Made by a program: the position numbers and the translations under genes. The notes beneath the pieces were generated by a model. It was not told the origin of the DNA. It worked only from the letters and a program-made list of their open reading frames with translations, and did no database searches. Shown here piece by piece: positions 48,735 to 59,072 of a stretch of 64,000 nucleotides of DNA (its first letter is position 1; each line of letters begins with the position of its first letter). Origin of the DNA: Bacteroidota bacterium (GTDB taxonomy: Bacteria; Bacteroidota; Bacteroidia; UBA4408). The stretch is from positions 2,388 through 66,387 of the forward strand of contig JBAXQC010000006.1 of assembly GCA_037131955.1 (NCBI GenBank), read 5' to 3'.

Positions 48735-49742
48735 ATGCCAAGCAATAAATCTGCATTTTATAGGTATTTGTTAATAGACAAACGTATTGCAAATAAATAC
48801 CAGCCTTATCCTAATTTAGAAGAGTTAAAAAGCTATATTGAAGAAAAAACTGGCCAAAATATTTCTACAAGGCAATTGGAATATGATTTAGCAGAAATGA
48901 AAAACTCTGAAGTTTTAGCATTTTATGCTCCAATAGAATTTGATAAAACCAATAAAGGATACAAATACTCTGATTCAAAGTATTCTATAGGACAGTTTGT
49001 AAAACTAAACCAAGAAGATTTGGATTCATTGGAAATGGCATTTGAAATTTTAGATACTTACAAAGGAATAGATGTTTTTAAGAACTTTAAGGTGGCAATA
49101 GACAAGATGAATAATGAATTTAGTGTTACAAAAAATCACAGTGCCATAGAGGTAGAAAATATACTACAACCTCAAATAAATTCAAGCTCAGAAGGATTGC
49201 AGTGGCTAAATATTTTGGTAGGTTTAATAAAGGAAAAATCAAGCATTAAAGTGCTCTACGGAAAATTTTCTGGAGATAAGAAATACTATGTTCTTTCGCC
49301 ATTAATTCTAAAAGAATTTGATAGCAGGTGGTATTTAGTAGCAAGAGATGCAAAAGATAAAATAATTAAAGTTTTTGGTTTAGAAAGAATTTTAGAAATA
49401 GAAAAAGATGAATCTAGCTATGAATTAGGTGATTTTAATTCAAAGGTTTTTTTTAGAAACGTTTATGGAATTACAATAAATACCAATGCAAAAGTAGAAG
49501 AAGTAGTTTTGGAATTTGAGACTTATGCCGCTAATTTCATTAAAACAAAACCTATTCATTATTCTCAAAAAATAATAAACGAAACTCAAAACGGTGTGAT
49601 TTTTCAATTGGATGTTTATCCAAGTGTAGAACTAAAAAATTTAATTTTAAGTTGGGGTAGAAGCTGCAGAGTGCTGAGTCCGGCTGATTTTAGAAATGAA
49701 ATAAAGAATGAGTTACAAGTAGCATTAAATAGTTACAATTAG
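48735..49742 (+). CDS. WYL-domain transcriptional regulator (N-terminal HTH, central WYL, C-terminal WCX-like domain; PafBC/BrxR/CapW-type architecture)
   Basis: 335 aa. N-terminal FYRYLLIDKRI... HTH region. WYL core ...KKYYVLSPLILKEFDSRWYLVARDAKDKIIKVFGLERILEIE. C-terminal extension ...VYPSVELKNLILSWGRSCRVLSPADFRNEI... typical of WCX. Confidence 0.7.
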   Translation: MPSNKSAFYRYLLIDKRIANKYQPYPNLEELKSYIEEKTGQNISTRQLEYDLAEMKNSEVLAFYAPIEFDKTNKGYKYSDSKYSIGQFVKLNQEDLDSLEMAFEILDTYKGIDVFKNFKVAIDKMNNEFSVTKNHSAIEVENILQPQINSSSEGLQWLNILVGLIKEKSSIKVLYGKFSGDKKYYVLSPLILKEFDSRWYLVARDAKDKIIKVFGLERILEIEKDESSYELGDFNSKVFFRNVYGITINTNAKVEEVVLEFETYAANFIKTKPIHYSQKIINETQNGVIFQLDVYPSVELKNLILSWGRSCRVLSPADFRNEIKNELQVALNSYN

Positions 49743-49816
49743 TTTTTTACCAAGCTTTTTTTGAAACCAATAATTTTATTGAATACCGTATATTTGAAAA
49801 TTAAAATTTATAGCAT

Positions 49817-50749
49817 TTGAAAACACAAGATAAAATTTTTGTTGCAGGGCACAGAGGAATGGTGGGTTCTGCAATTGTAAGAAAACTAAACCAAAAGGGA
49901 TTTGCCAATATAATTACCAGAAGTTCTAAGGAATTAGATTTAACTAATCAACTATTGGTAAACGAATTCTTTGAAACTGAAAAACCTCAGTTTGTATTTT
50001 TAGCTGCTGCAAAAGTAGGAGGCATACATGCCAATAATACCTACAGAGCAGATTTTTTGTATCAAAATTTGATGATGGAATCAAACGTGATTCATGCTGC
50101 TTATATAAACAATGTAGAAAAATTATTTTTTCTGGGTTCATCTTGTATCTACCCTAAGGCAGCGCCACAACCGTTAAAAGAAGAGTATCTCCTAACAGGT
50201 CCTTTGGAACAAACAAACGAACCTTATGCTATAGCAAAAATTGCAGGAATAAAATTGTGCGAATCTTACCGACGCCAATACAATTGTAATTTTATTTCGG
50301 CTATGCCAACAAATTTATACGGGCCAAACGACAATTACGATTTAAACAATTCTCACGTCTTGCCTGCGTTAATAAGGAAGTTTCATACAGCAAAGGTAGA
50401 ATCTAAAGACGAAGTTGTAGTGTGGGGAACTGGAACTCCATTAAGAGAATTTTTACATGTTGATGATTTAGCAGAGGCTTGTTTTTATTTGATGCAAAAC
50501 TATAATGAGGAACAGTTGGTGAACGTAGGAAGTGGCGTTGATATTTCTATAAAAGATTTGGCACTTTTAGTAAAAAAGATTGTTGGCTTTACTGGCAATT
50601 TAATTTTTGATGAAACCAAGCCCGATGGAACTTACCGCAAGTTGATGGATGTTTCTAAATTAGAAAAACTTGGATGGAAATATACTATTGAACTTGAAAA
50701 AGGGATTGAAATGGTTTATCAAGATGTTTTAAAAAATAATATTTTTTAA
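49817..50749 (+). CDS. fcl: GDP-L-fucose synthase (GDP-4-keto-6-deoxy-D-mannose 3,5-epimerase/4-reductase)
   Basis: 310 aa. [15 protein letters not shown] (NADP fold), catalytic S-Y-K context (...CIYPK..., ...PYAIAKIAG...), collinear with Fcl/WcaG. No gmd adjacent. Confidence 0.9.
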   Translation: MKTQDKIFVAGHRGMVGSAIVRKLNQKGFANIITRSSKELDLTNQLLVNEFFETEKPQFVFLAAAKVGGIHANNTYRADFLYQNLMMESNVIHAAYINNVEKLFFLGSSCIYPKAAPQPLKEEYLLTGPLEQTNEPYAIAKIAGIKLCESYRRQYNCNFISAMPTNLYGPNDNYDLNNSHVLPALIRKFHTAKVESKDEVVVWGTGTPLREFLHVDDLAEACFYLMQNYNEEQLVNVGSGVDISIKDLALLVKKIVGFTGNLIFDETKPDGTYRKLMDVSKLEKLGWKYTIELEKGIEMVYQDVLKNNIF

Positions 50750-50758
50750 GTTGTTGTT

Positions 50759-52348
50759 TTGATCAAAAAAGCATTTCTTTTTTTAAGTTTAATTTTGGTT
50801 ACAAACTTTGTTTTTGCTCAAAGCACAATTGTTCCTTATGAATTTTTCTTTGCTCAAAATATAGAAAGAGAATTAGCTAAAAAAAATAGAAAAGAATTTG
50901 CATCCACTAAGCCATTTACATTTAGCCATGAAAAATTAAAAAGCATAAACGATTCAATAGGCTTTTTTTGTCTTTTTGATACAACAGCTCATTTGTTTGA
51001 ACAAAAACTTTGTAGGCAAGATGTAATTAAAATAAACAAGGAAGAATTTACCCTTTCCATTAACCCCCTGTTTAATTTTAGTTTGGGAAGAGACAAAAAG
51101 GAGAACAAACAAAGACTCCTGCAAAATACCAGAGGATTATGGGTTAAAGGGTCAATTGGAAAAAAATTTTATTTTGAATCACAGTTTCTAGAAAATCAAG
51201 TAACGGCACCCTTGTATGTAAGAGAATTTATTAAAGCACATAAAGTTTACCCGGGCTTAGGTAGAACAAAAGTGTTTAAAGAAATTGGAGCCGACTTTGC
51301 AATATCTTCTGCTAATTTTTTATTTGCCCCAAGTAAGAATTTTTCAATAATGGCAGGCACAGGTAAGCATTTTTATGGCTTTGGTTATCGTTCACTTTTG
51401 CTCAGCGACAACTCTTTTAATTATCCTTATGCAAAAGCTTCCTATTCAAGAAATTGGTTCAGGTACGAAGTAATGTGGGCAAGTTTGATGAATATTTATC
51501 AAGGAGATATTACATTTAATATCTATAGCGAACCTACATTTAGAAAGAAAACAGCAGCATTTCAATATTTGGTATTTATGCCTTTTAATTTTTTGGAACT
51601 TGGTCTTTTTAATGGAATTATTTACAGACCAATTTCTAAGGCACATCCTTATTTTAATTTTAATATTTTAAACCCTATTCCGTTTTACAATGTGGCAGAG
51701 CAAGGTTTATCATCAGTAAACAATGCTATTGCAGGCTTAAATGTAAGACTAAAACTTACATCAAGTATTTGTATATATGGGCAATACATGATGGATAATA
51801 ACACTGCAAATGGTAATCTTTTTAAGAAAAATGGAATACAAATTGGCACACGTTACTTTGATATTGCAGGAATTAGAAACTTAAATTTTTTACTAGAATA
51901 TAATTATGTAAGCCCTTATTCTTATACAACAAAAAGCAATCAACAAAATTATATTCATTACAATCAAAGTTTAACACACCCTTGGGGTGCAAATTTTAAA
52001 GAGATTGTTGCAATTGTTTCTTACAACTATAAAGGTGTTTTTATAACAGCAAAAGTAAACACCGGTCAAATTGGTGTTGATAGTACGGGTGGAGTTTTTG
52101 GACAAAACATTTTATTGTCGGATATTTCTGGAAGAAATAGAACAAATAATACGTTTCTGCAAGGCACAAAAACCAGGTTAGAAATAATAGATGTAAAGGC
52201 CGGATACATAATAAATCCAGCCTATAATTTTCAGATCTATGCTGGATTTTTTAACAGGAGATGGATAAATAACAAACAAGAAAAATACTCAAGCTTTTTT
52301 TCTATTGGGTTAAGAACAAATATTTACAATAATTATTTAGATTTCTAA
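50759..52348 (+). CDS. Predicted outer-membrane beta-barrel protein (Wzi/RemB-like capsule/polysaccharide assembly candidate)
   Basis: 529 aa. Signal peptide MIKKAFLFLSLILVTNFVFAQ, aromatic-rich alternating pattern, C-terminal ...NNYLDF. 9 bp downstream of fcl, suggesting a polysaccharide-related operon. Family assignment tentative. Confidence 0.5.
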   Translation: MIKKAFLFLSLILVTNFVFAQSTIVPYEFFFAQNIERELAKKNRKEFASTKPFTFSHEKLKSINDSIGFFCLFDTTAHLFEQKLCRQDVIKINKEEFTLSINPLFNFSLGRDKKENKQRLLQNTRGLWVKGSIGKKFYFESQFLENQVTAPLYVREFIKAHKVYPGLGRTKVFKEIGADFAISSANFLFAPSKNFSIMAGTGKHFYGFGYRSLLLSDNSFNYPYAKASYSRNWFRYEVMWASLMNIYQGDITFNIYSEPTFRKKTAAFQYLVFMPFNFLELGLFNGIIYRPISKAHPYFNFNILNPIPFYNVAEQGLSSVNNAIAGLNVRLKLTSSICIYGQYMMDNNTANGNLFKKNGIQIGTRYFDIAGIRNLNFLLEYNYVSPYSYTTKSNQQNYIHYNQSLTHPWGANFKEIVAIVSYNYKGVFITAKVNTGQIGVDSTGGVFGQNILLSDISGRNRTNNTFLQGTKTRLEIIDVKAGYIINPAYNFQIYAGFFNRRWINNKQEKYSSFFSIGLRTNIYNNYLDF

Positions 52349-52370
52349 CAAAACAAATTTCCTTTTAAAA

Positions 52371-53618
52371 TTATTCAAATTCTATGTCTATTTCTCTTGG
52401 ATAGCATAGAAAATATTTTTCCACTTTGGTAGAAAGTACCTGTAAATTTAATTGGTCTGATGCTTTTGTAATGTCTTCTAATTTTCCATCCTTAAATAAA
52501 ATATTTATTTTGTCGGATAAGGGATTGTAGGCATTGTTAGAAATAGTATCTGCAATTACAAAGTAATTTGTTTCTTCAAAGGAGAGTTGAAATTTTTCTT
52601 GAACTGCTTCTCTAATTTTATATATTTTTTCTTTGGAAAAAGATTTATTTTGAATTTTTACCTTAAATAAATTTCTTGCATTAAAATTTACACAAAGCTT
52701 GGCTAAAATTTTGTCTTCGCAATCCTCCCAAACCTTTACTGATGTTTGAATATCATAGTCGTCGAGTTTTGCAAAAGTACTTAAGGCTAAATTATTTTTT
52801 TCAAAATCGGTTGTTTTAAATTCGTTTTTCAAAAAGTAATCTAATGCAGGTGTGGCAAATAACTTACTTCCTTTTTTAGTAAGTTCTTTTGCTCTCTTTA
52901 AAATCATCACTAACAATTGTTCTGCCGCCACAGTAGTTTTGTGATAATATACTTGCCAATACATTAATCTGCGTGCAACAATAAATTTCTCTACAGAATA
53001 AATTCCTTTTTCCTCTACTGCCAACACATCATTTTTTACATTTAGCATGGCAATAATTCTATCGGTAGAAATAATACCTTCTGAAACTCCTGTAAAAAAA
53101 CTATCTCGTTTAAGATAGTCTAATCTGTCCATGTCTAGTTGGCTTGATACCAATTGGTGTAAGAATTTTTTTGGGTACTTATTTGTAAAAATTTCAATGG
53201 CCGTATTTAATTTCCCTTTAAACTCTTTGTTTAAATTTTCCATAAAAAGCGAAGAGATTTTTTCGTGCGGAATTCCATTCACCAAGCTATGCTCCAGTGC
53301 ATGAGAAAAGGGTCCATGCCCTATATCGTGCAATAAAATTGCAAGCAGTGCACCTTCTTGTTCTTTGTTGCTTATAGAAACTCCTTTGTTGCGTAAAGTA
53401 TCAATTGCTTGCGACATTAGGTACATTGCACCCAATGCATGGTGAAACCTTGTATGCAGAGCTCCTGGATAAACAAAACTAGTCATCCCTAATTGACGAA
53501 TACGTCTTAAACGCTGAAAAAATGGGTGATCAATTAGGTTTAGAATTATGCCATATGGAATACTTACAAAACCATAAATGGGGTCGTTAAAAATTTTCCT
53601 TTTTTCAATTGCTTTCAT
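52371..53618 (-). CDS. HD-domain phosphohydrolase (dGTP triphosphohydrolase/SAMHD1-like family)
   Basis: 415 aa. H...HD motif: ...ALHTRFHHALGAMYL..., ...AILLHDIGHGPFSHALE..., ...DMDRLDYLKRD.... Typical Bacteroidota dgt-like architecture. Confidence 0.8.
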   Translation of the reverse strand: MKAIEKRKIFNDPIYGFVSIPYGIILNLIDHPFFQRLRRIRQLGMTSFVYPGALHTRFHHALGAMYLMSQAIDTLRNKGVSISNKEQEGALLAILLHDIGHGPFSHALEHSLVNGIPHEKISSLFMENLNKEFKGKLNTAIEIFTNKYPKKFLHQLVSSQLDMDRLDYLKRDSFFTGVSEGIISTDRIIAMLNVKNDVLAVEEKGIYSVEKFIVARRLMYWQVYYHKTTVAAEQLLVMILKRAKELTKKGSKLFATPALDYFLKNEFKTTDFEKNNLALSTFAKLDDYDIQTSVKVWEDCEDKILAKLCVNFNARNLFKVKIQNKSFSKEKIYKIREAVQEKFQLSFEETNYFVIADTISNNAYNPLSDKINILFKDGKLEDITKASDQLNLQVLSTKVEKYFLCYPREIDIEFE

Positions 53619-53631
53619 ACATGCCGCAGTG

Positions 53632-54774
53632 CTATGCTATAGGAACTTTCATATTTAATTGATGACTTATTTGCAACGTACAATCCAAAAAAATCATTTT
53701 TGAGTTACCGTTTCTGTCAATGTCTAATACAGCCTTGTCTAAAATTGCTAAAATATTTCCACAATTGTATGCATGTATAAAATTGTGAAACTTTATGTTG
53801 AAACTTGTTTCACTTGGCATTTCTCTTACCATGGATTCAATACTTAATGTTCTAAGTAAATTTTTTCTTATGGCTTGCATACAATAGCTTAAAAACTCTT
53901 TTTGTTTTTCTCTCGAAAAGCTTGCTAGTTTATCAACCCAAGGCATAAGTGCAACTTGTTTACTTCTATTAAACGAAAACCTCATCCATTCTTGAAAATT
54001 AATTAAGTTAAAATTTTCTTCCTCGCTATTGTTTAAAATTTCTAAAGCCATATTAAAGTTTCCTTCACAAAAATTTGCAATAAAAATTGCGTTTTCTTCA
54101 GGCACGTTATAATTAGAAATTAATTCCTGTTCAATGTCTTTGTTGGTGAGCACTGGAATATGCACTTTTTGAACTCTACTAATAATAGTTGGCAACAAAC
54201 CTTCGGGATATTCACTTACTAAAAGAAACAATGTTTTTTCTGGTGGCTCTTCTAATATTTTTAAAAGCTTATTTGCAGTCTGCACATTCATTTTTTCGGG
54301 AAACCACATTAATAATATTTTGTATTCACTTTCATAAGTTTTTAAACTTAGCTTCTTTATTATTTCGCTTCCTTCTTCTGTTGTTATAAGTGCATTTTTA
54401 ACTTCATTTGTCATGGAAGTTAGCCAATTAAAATAACCCATGTATGGATTATTTAAATATTCTTTTCTGAATTCTTGAATGTAGTCGTCGCTAACTTTTT
54501 TTGTTGGACTTGATTTTGTAACAATTGGGAAAGACAAATGTAAATCGGGATGAACCAATTTTTTGTTTTTTATGCAAGCCGCACAAGTACCGCATGAATC
54601 GTTTTCTTGCTTATTGGTGCAGTGGATATATGTAGCCATTGCCATTGCCATTGCCAAATTTCCACTTCCTTCTAGGCCCGAGAATAGTTGAGCATGACTC
54701 AATCGGCCTATATTAACATTGTGTATTAGTTTATTTTTTAATTCGCTATGTCCAATTATATCATTAAAAAACAT
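53632..54774 (-). CDS. holB: DNA polymerase III subunit delta' (clamp-loader AAA+ subunit)
   Basis: 380 aa. ...IIGHSELKNKLIHNVNIGRLSHAQLFSG.EGSGNLAMAMAMA... Walker-A-like region, Zn module C-x2-C...C-x2-C (CTNKQENDSCGTCAAC), SRC-like ...TIISRVQK.... Confidence 0.8.
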   Translation of the reverse strand: MFFNDIIGHSELKNKLIHNVNIGRLSHAQLFSGLEGSGNLAMAMAMATYIHCTNKQENDSCGTCAACIKNKKLVHPDLHLSFPIVTKSSPTKKVSDDYIQEFRKEYLNNPYMGYFNWLTSMTNEVKNALITTEEGSEIIKKLSLKTYESEYKILLMWFPEKMNVQTANKLLKILEEPPEKTLFLLVSEYPEGLLPTIISRVQKVHIPVLTNKDIEQELISNYNVPEENAIFIANFCEGNFNMALEILNNSEEENFNLINFQEWMRFSFNRSKQVALMPWVDKLASFSREKQKEFLSYCMQAIRKNLLRTLSIESMVREMPSETSFNIKFHNFIHAYNCGNILAILDKAVLDIDRNGNSKMIFLDCTLQISHQLNMKVPIA

Positions 54775-54775
54775 T

Positions 54776-55453
54776 TTACTTTTCCTTTGTATTGGTTTGA
54801 AATTCTTTTAAATAAAACGGTTCCAGATGAGCCAAGGTATTAAAAATTTTGTTTGAAAATAAATCGCTTGCTAGCTCAACTTGTCCGGATGCTTCGCAGC
54901 AATTTTGATCATAGAAAATATGGTTTTCTTTATTTAATATAGTGTTACACTTTTCAGCACCATTTCCAAAAAAAATTAAATCTTTTCCAATCCAATTCTC
55001 AAAACTTTTTTCATCAATAATTTTAGCTGTTGTAGATTCCGCCTCTATTAATTGGTAATCATAGATAGAAGTATATACTTCCATTCTTCTGGCATCAATC
55101 ATTGGAACTAGAAATTGATTGGATGTTGGATTTATTTTTTTGTGTGCAACATTTGCCATAGAGGATAATGTATTTATAGCAATAACCGGAATGTTTAATC
55201 CGTAAGCCAATCCTTTGCAAAAGGAAAGGCCAATTCTTAAACCAGTGTAGGATCCGGGGCCAATGCTAACAGATACTGCAGATAGTTGAACGGGAGTGGT
55301 ATCTGTTTCAATAAAAATATTTTTGACCATGCTATTTAAAATTTCAGCATGTTTAAAGCCATCGTCAATACTATTTTGTGCAAGTAGGATTTTATTTTCA
55401 GAAATTCCAACTGAACAAACAGTGGTGGCTGTTTCTATGTGTAAAAGTTTCAA
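54776..55453 (-). CDS. tsaB: tRNA threonylcarbamoyladenosine biosynthesis protein TsaB
   Basis: 225 aa. MKLLHIETATTVCSVGI...SVSIGPGSYTGLRIGLSFCKGLAYGLNIPVIAIN, inactive Kae1/YeaZ-family paralogue signature. Confidence 0.85.
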   Translation of the reverse strand: MKLLHIETATTVCSVGISENKILLAQNSIDDGFKHAEILNSMVKNIFIETDTTPVQLSAVSVSIGPGSYTGLRIGLSFCKGLAYGLNIPVIAINTLSSMANVAHKKINPTSNQFLVPMIDARRMEVYTSIYDYQLIEAESTTAKIIDEKSFENWIGKDLIFFGNGAEKCNTILNKENHIFYDQNCCEASGQVELASDLFSNKIFNTLAHLEPFYLKEFQTNTKEK

Positions 55454-55461
55454 ACTTAATT

Positions 55462-56814
55462 TTAATCTTTTTCTTTGTTTAGTTCTTCCTCTTGAACAAC
55501 TTTTACCAGCGACCTGTTTTTAAGAAGCTTACTCACCGTTTTGTAAGGTCCAACAATAACTTCGTCGCCTTTAGAAATACCACTTAATATTTGAATAAAA
55601 TTATTGTCTTGAATGCCAGTTTTTACGGGTTTTATCAAAGATTTTCCATTATCAAAAATAAAAACTAATTCTATTGCTTCCTCTTTGTTATTTTTATCTT
55701 TTTCTTCTTCATCCTCTTCTTTCTTATTCTTTTTATTTGTTTTATTTTCGGATGTTGTATCTGTTCTTAATGTAACAGCTTCTATTGGAACTGCTAAAAC
55801 ATTTTTTATTGTTTTAGTTTGTATGTCCACGGTTGCTGTCATGCCGGGGCGAAATGGAGAATTATTGTCCTGCTTATTGCTTAGTAAGTGTGAATACGAA
55901 TCTCTAAGTATTCTAATTTTTACTTCAAAATTTGTAATTTGATCAGCACTTGTTCCGTTTGTATTGGCGCTATTTGCAATTGAGGTTACTATCCCTTTAA
56001 ACTTTTGACCCAAGTAGGCATCAACTTCTATTAAAGTGGTATCGTTTAAATGAATTTTTACAATATCATTTTCATTTACGTCAACCACAACTTCCATTTC
56101 GTTGAGGTTGGCAATTCTTAAAAGTTCTGTTCCTGCCATTTGAGAAGTACCAACAACTCTTTCGCCTTTTTCTACATTAAGTTTAGAAACTTTTCCATCT
56201 ACCGGCGAACGAATAATTGTTCTGTCTAGGTTATTGTTTGCTTCCTCTAAAGAAGCTACTGCATTTTTTATATTAAAATCGCTTGCAGAAACTGTTTGTG
56301 CAGCAGCTTCTACATCTGCTTTTGCACTTTCGTATTGCGATTTAGAATTTTCAAATTCTGCTTCCGATATTGCACCTTGGTCAAATAGTTTTTTATTTCT
56401 GTTAAAGGTTAACTCGGTGTTTACAAATACTGCTTTAGATTGCACTAACCTGGCTTTAGAGTTCGCTAAATTTGCTTTGGTAGTATTTACGCTTGCCTCG
56501 GTTCTTTCTTTGTTTGAAATATATAAAAGAGGATTTATTTTACAGAGCACTTCACCTTTCTTTACCTCTTGCCCTTCTTTTACAAACAAGTCAACAATTT
56601 CTCCAGAAACATCAGGACTTATTTTTACTTCTACTTCTGGCTGAATTTTTCCGCTTGCCGATACTGTTTCTGTAATTGTTTTTAATTCTACTTTTTGAGT
56701 GTTTACTTCAAATCCAACTTCTTTGCCAATCCAGCCGGCCTTTTTAGCTATAATTGAAAATAAAATTAGTACTGCCGCACTAATTAAAATAATATTTCTG
56801 GTTTTCTTTTTCAA
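55462..56814 (-). CDS. Efflux transporter periplasmic adaptor (membrane fusion protein, HlyD/MacA family)
   Basis: 450 aa. N-terminal TM anchor, lipoyl/beta-barrel segments (GKIQPEVEVKISPDVSGEIVDLFVKEGQEVKKGEVL), long coiled-coil hairpin, C-terminal MP domain. Confidence 0.8.
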   Translation of the reverse strand: MKKKTRNIILISAAVLILFSIIAKKAGWIGKEVGFEVNTQKVELKTITETVSASGKIQPEVEVKISPDVSGEIVDLFVKEGQEVKKGEVLCKINPLLYISNKERTEASVNTTKANLANSKARLVQSKAVFVNTELTFNRNKKLFDQGAISEAEFENSKSQYESAKADVEAAAQTVSASDFNIKNAVASLEEANNNLDRTIIRSPVDGKVSKLNVEKGERVVGTSQMAGTELLRIANLNEMEVVVDVNENDIVKIHLNDTTLIEVDAYLGQKFKGIVTSIANSANTNGTSADQITNFEVKIRILRDSYSHLLSNKQDNNSPFRPGMTATVDIQTKTIKNVLAVPIEAVTLRTDTTSENKTNKKNKKEEDEEEKDKNNKEEAIELVFIFDNGKSLIKPVKTGIQDNNFIQILSGISKGDEVIVGPYKTVSKLLKNRSLVKVVQEEELNKEKD

Positions 56815-56824
56815 TTTTATTTAA

Positions 56825-58234
56825 TTAAAGTGTGATAGGTTTACCTTGATAAAAATCAAGAATTTTTACCTTAAAAATGTAATCAAATTTTGCTTGATTC
56901 AAGTTTGATTTGGCAAGATTTAATTTGTTTTTAGAATCATTAAATTCAAAACTATTTACTACACCTAAATCAAATCTTGTTTTTGTATTATTAAAAGCAA
57001 GTTCTGAGGCAGTAAGTGCTGTTTTTGTAGCATTGTATTTTTTAAGTGCAGCAACAGCATCGTAATATGCATTAAAAATAGTTTGTTTTAAATCTCTTTT
57101 TGTTTGGTCTAAATTGTTTTTAGAAATCTCGAAATTTAGTTTTGCTCTGTTGATGTTTGTGTAATTATTTAATCCGTTAAAAAGTGACCAGGAAAGTTGA
57201 AAACCAAAAGAACGATTAAAATTACTGTTCAATTGTTTTGAATATTTAGTAGGTTCAAAAATTGGAACTTGCTGCGTAGTATATACACTTTCGCCTAACA
57301 ACGTTTGCCCAACTATGTACTGCTGGTTTTGATAACCAATAATATCTTGCGCCAATCCTGAATATCCTGTGCCCAGCGAACCGCCAATGCTAATGGTTGG
57401 GTATAAACCACTTTGTGCAATATTAATTCCTTTTTCTGCCACCTTTATTCTTGTTTCTGAGCTTTTAACTGCCGGTTGGTTACCAATTGCTGTGGTGTAA
57501 ATATAATCTGCGTTAGCTGTAATTAATTCGCTGGTAGGGTCTGCTAGTTCAGGAATTTCTATGCTAAAATCTTGTGTAGATTTTAAATCGAGCTGCAAGG
57601 CTAGATTTAAATAAGATATGTCTAATTGATTTTGAGCATTTATTACAGATAAATCTTCGTTGGCCAACTGAGCTTGCAAATCCAATAAAATATTTTTTGC
57701 AGCACTTCCAGCTTCTAGCAAACGATTGGCTCTTTCTATTTGTTGTTTGGTTAATGTGGTTTGATTTTGAGCGTTTTTTAATTGCTCAATGGCAAACAAT
57801 ATCTGTAAATAAGAACTGGCAATACTTAACGCAACATCATTTTTTATTTTATCTAAATCTTGCTTGGAGGCAAACAAATTTAATTCACCTTGTTTAATTG
57901 AATTGTATTGCTGAAACCCATTAAAAATATTCATTCCGGTTTGCAAAGAAAATCTATCGCTCCTTACACGAGCAGTGGCAAACCTGTTTGTGAACGGGTC
58001 AATTGTTTGTCCAAAATTATAGAAGTTGCTGGCATTTAAAGAAAGGTTGGGCAAAACATTTGCCTTAGTTTGCAATAAGTTTTGTTCCGAAATATCTTTG
58101 TTAAATTCAGCTTGCTTTACTTGTAAATTATTTTTAAGTGCATGCTCAATACATTGCTTTAAACTCCAATTTGTTGTTTGAGAAAATGCAGAAGCAGTAA
58201 TAAATAGAAATAGAATTAATATAGATTTTTTCAT
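56825..58234 (-). CDS. TolC-family outer-membrane efflux protein
   Basis: 469 aa. Signal peptide, duplicated OEP repeats with characteristic ...L..A..NNLQ..QA... coiled-coil periodicity. 10-bp gap to the adaptor gene. Confidence 0.85.
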   Translation of the reverse strand: MKKSILILFLFITASAFSQTTNWSLKQCIEHALKNNLQVKQAEFNKDISEQNLLQTKANVLPNLSLNASNFYNFGQTIDPFTNRFATARVRSDRFSLQTGMNIFNGFQQYNSIKQGELNLFASKQDLDKIKNDVALSIASSYLQILFAIEQLKNAQNQTTLTKQQIERANRLLEAGSAAKNILLDLQAQLANEDLSVINAQNQLDISYLNLALQLDLKSTQDFSIEIPELADPTSELITANADYIYTTAIGNQPAVKSSETRIKVAEKGINIAQSGLYPTISIGGSLGTGYSGLAQDIIGYQNQQYIVGQTLLGESVYTTQQVPIFEPTKYSKQLNSNFNRSFGFQLSWSLFNGLNNYTNINRAKLNFEISKNNLDQTKRDLKQTIFNAYYDAVAALKKYNATKTALTASELAFNNTKTRFDLGVVNSFEFNDSKNKLNLAKSNLNQAKFDYIFKVKILDFYQGKPITL

Positions 58235-58299
58235 GTTGCCAATGTGTTGGGCGATGCAAAGTTAAAATTTTACTTATAAAGAGAACTATATAATTTAGT

Positions 58300-58686
58300 T
58301 CACAATTTTTGATGAAGTGAGAAACGATGTTTAAAGAAAAAGTGGCAAGCAAATACTCCAAAAGAATTTGCAATAAAATCTGAAAGATCGGCGCTTCTGT
58401 CAATAAATAAAGTTTCTTGTAGTATTTCTAAAATGCCCCCATATCCAATGCAGGCAATAGCAAAAGTTATAAAAATGTGAGATTTTAGGCGGGCAGTATG
58501 CTCAACTTTTATGTATGATTTAATACATAAAAAGTAAAGAATAAAAAACATGCCAGCATGCACCCATTTATCAAATGAAATCCATTCTAACCAAGAAATT
58601 TGGGGAATGTCTTTGCCGGGCATGCCGCATAAAAGTGCAATAAAAAAGGCCCACAAAATGGGCCTCAGGTATTTAACAACAATCAT
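58300..58686 (-). CDS. VanZ-family membrane protein
   Basis: 128 aa, 4 TM helices. ...DKWVHAGMFFIL... and ...YGGILEILQ..FIDRSADLSDFIANSFG... match VanZ-like. Confidence 0.6.
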   Translation of the reverse strand: MIVVKYLRPILWAFFIALLCGMPGKDIPQISWLEWISFDKWVHAGMFFILYFLCIKSYIKVEHTARLKSHIFITFAIACIGYGGILEILQETLFIDRSADLSDFIANSFGVFACHFFFKHRFSLHQKL

Positions 58687-58691
58687 TTATA

Positions 58692-59072
58692 CTAATGACC
58701 AATTAATGTTTTATATGCAGAAGAATCCAATAGGTCGTTTAACTCTGCTGTGTTGTCAACAGAGATTTTTATCATCCAACCTGAACCGTAAGCATCAGTG
58801 TTTACACTTTCTGGATTTGATTCTAAATTTGGATTTATTTCTAATACTTTTCCACTTAATGGCATAAATAAATCTGACACAGTTTTTACCGCTTCAACTG
58901 TTCCAAAAACTTCTTCTCTTGCCAAGGTTTCTCCCTCAGTTTCAATTTCTACATATACAATATCTCCCAGTTCTCCTTGGGCAAAATCTGTAATTCCTAT
59001 TGTGGCGGTATTTCCTTCAATCAATACCCACTCGTGATCTTTTGTGTACTTTAAGTTTTCTGGAAAGTTCAT
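58692..59072 (-). CDS. gcvH: Glycine cleavage system protein H
   Basis: 126 aa. Lipoyl-lysine motif ...[18 protein letters not shown]..., YTKDHEWV start region. Textbook GcvH. Confidence 0.9.
   Translation of the reverse strand: MNFPENLKYTKDHEWVLIEGNTATIGITDFAQGELGDIVYVEIETEGETLAREEVFGTVEAVKTVSDLFMPLSGKVLEINPNLESNPESVNTDAYGSGWMIKISVDNTAELNDLLDSSAYKTLIGH

Noticed and set aside
52371-53618. HD-domain dGTPase-like gene as an anti-phage dNTP-depletion defence gene
   Set aside because: It sits in a conserved housekeeping run (holB, tsaB) on the same strand with tiny gaps and lacks any mobile or defence-island context. More likely the core dgt-like paralogue.
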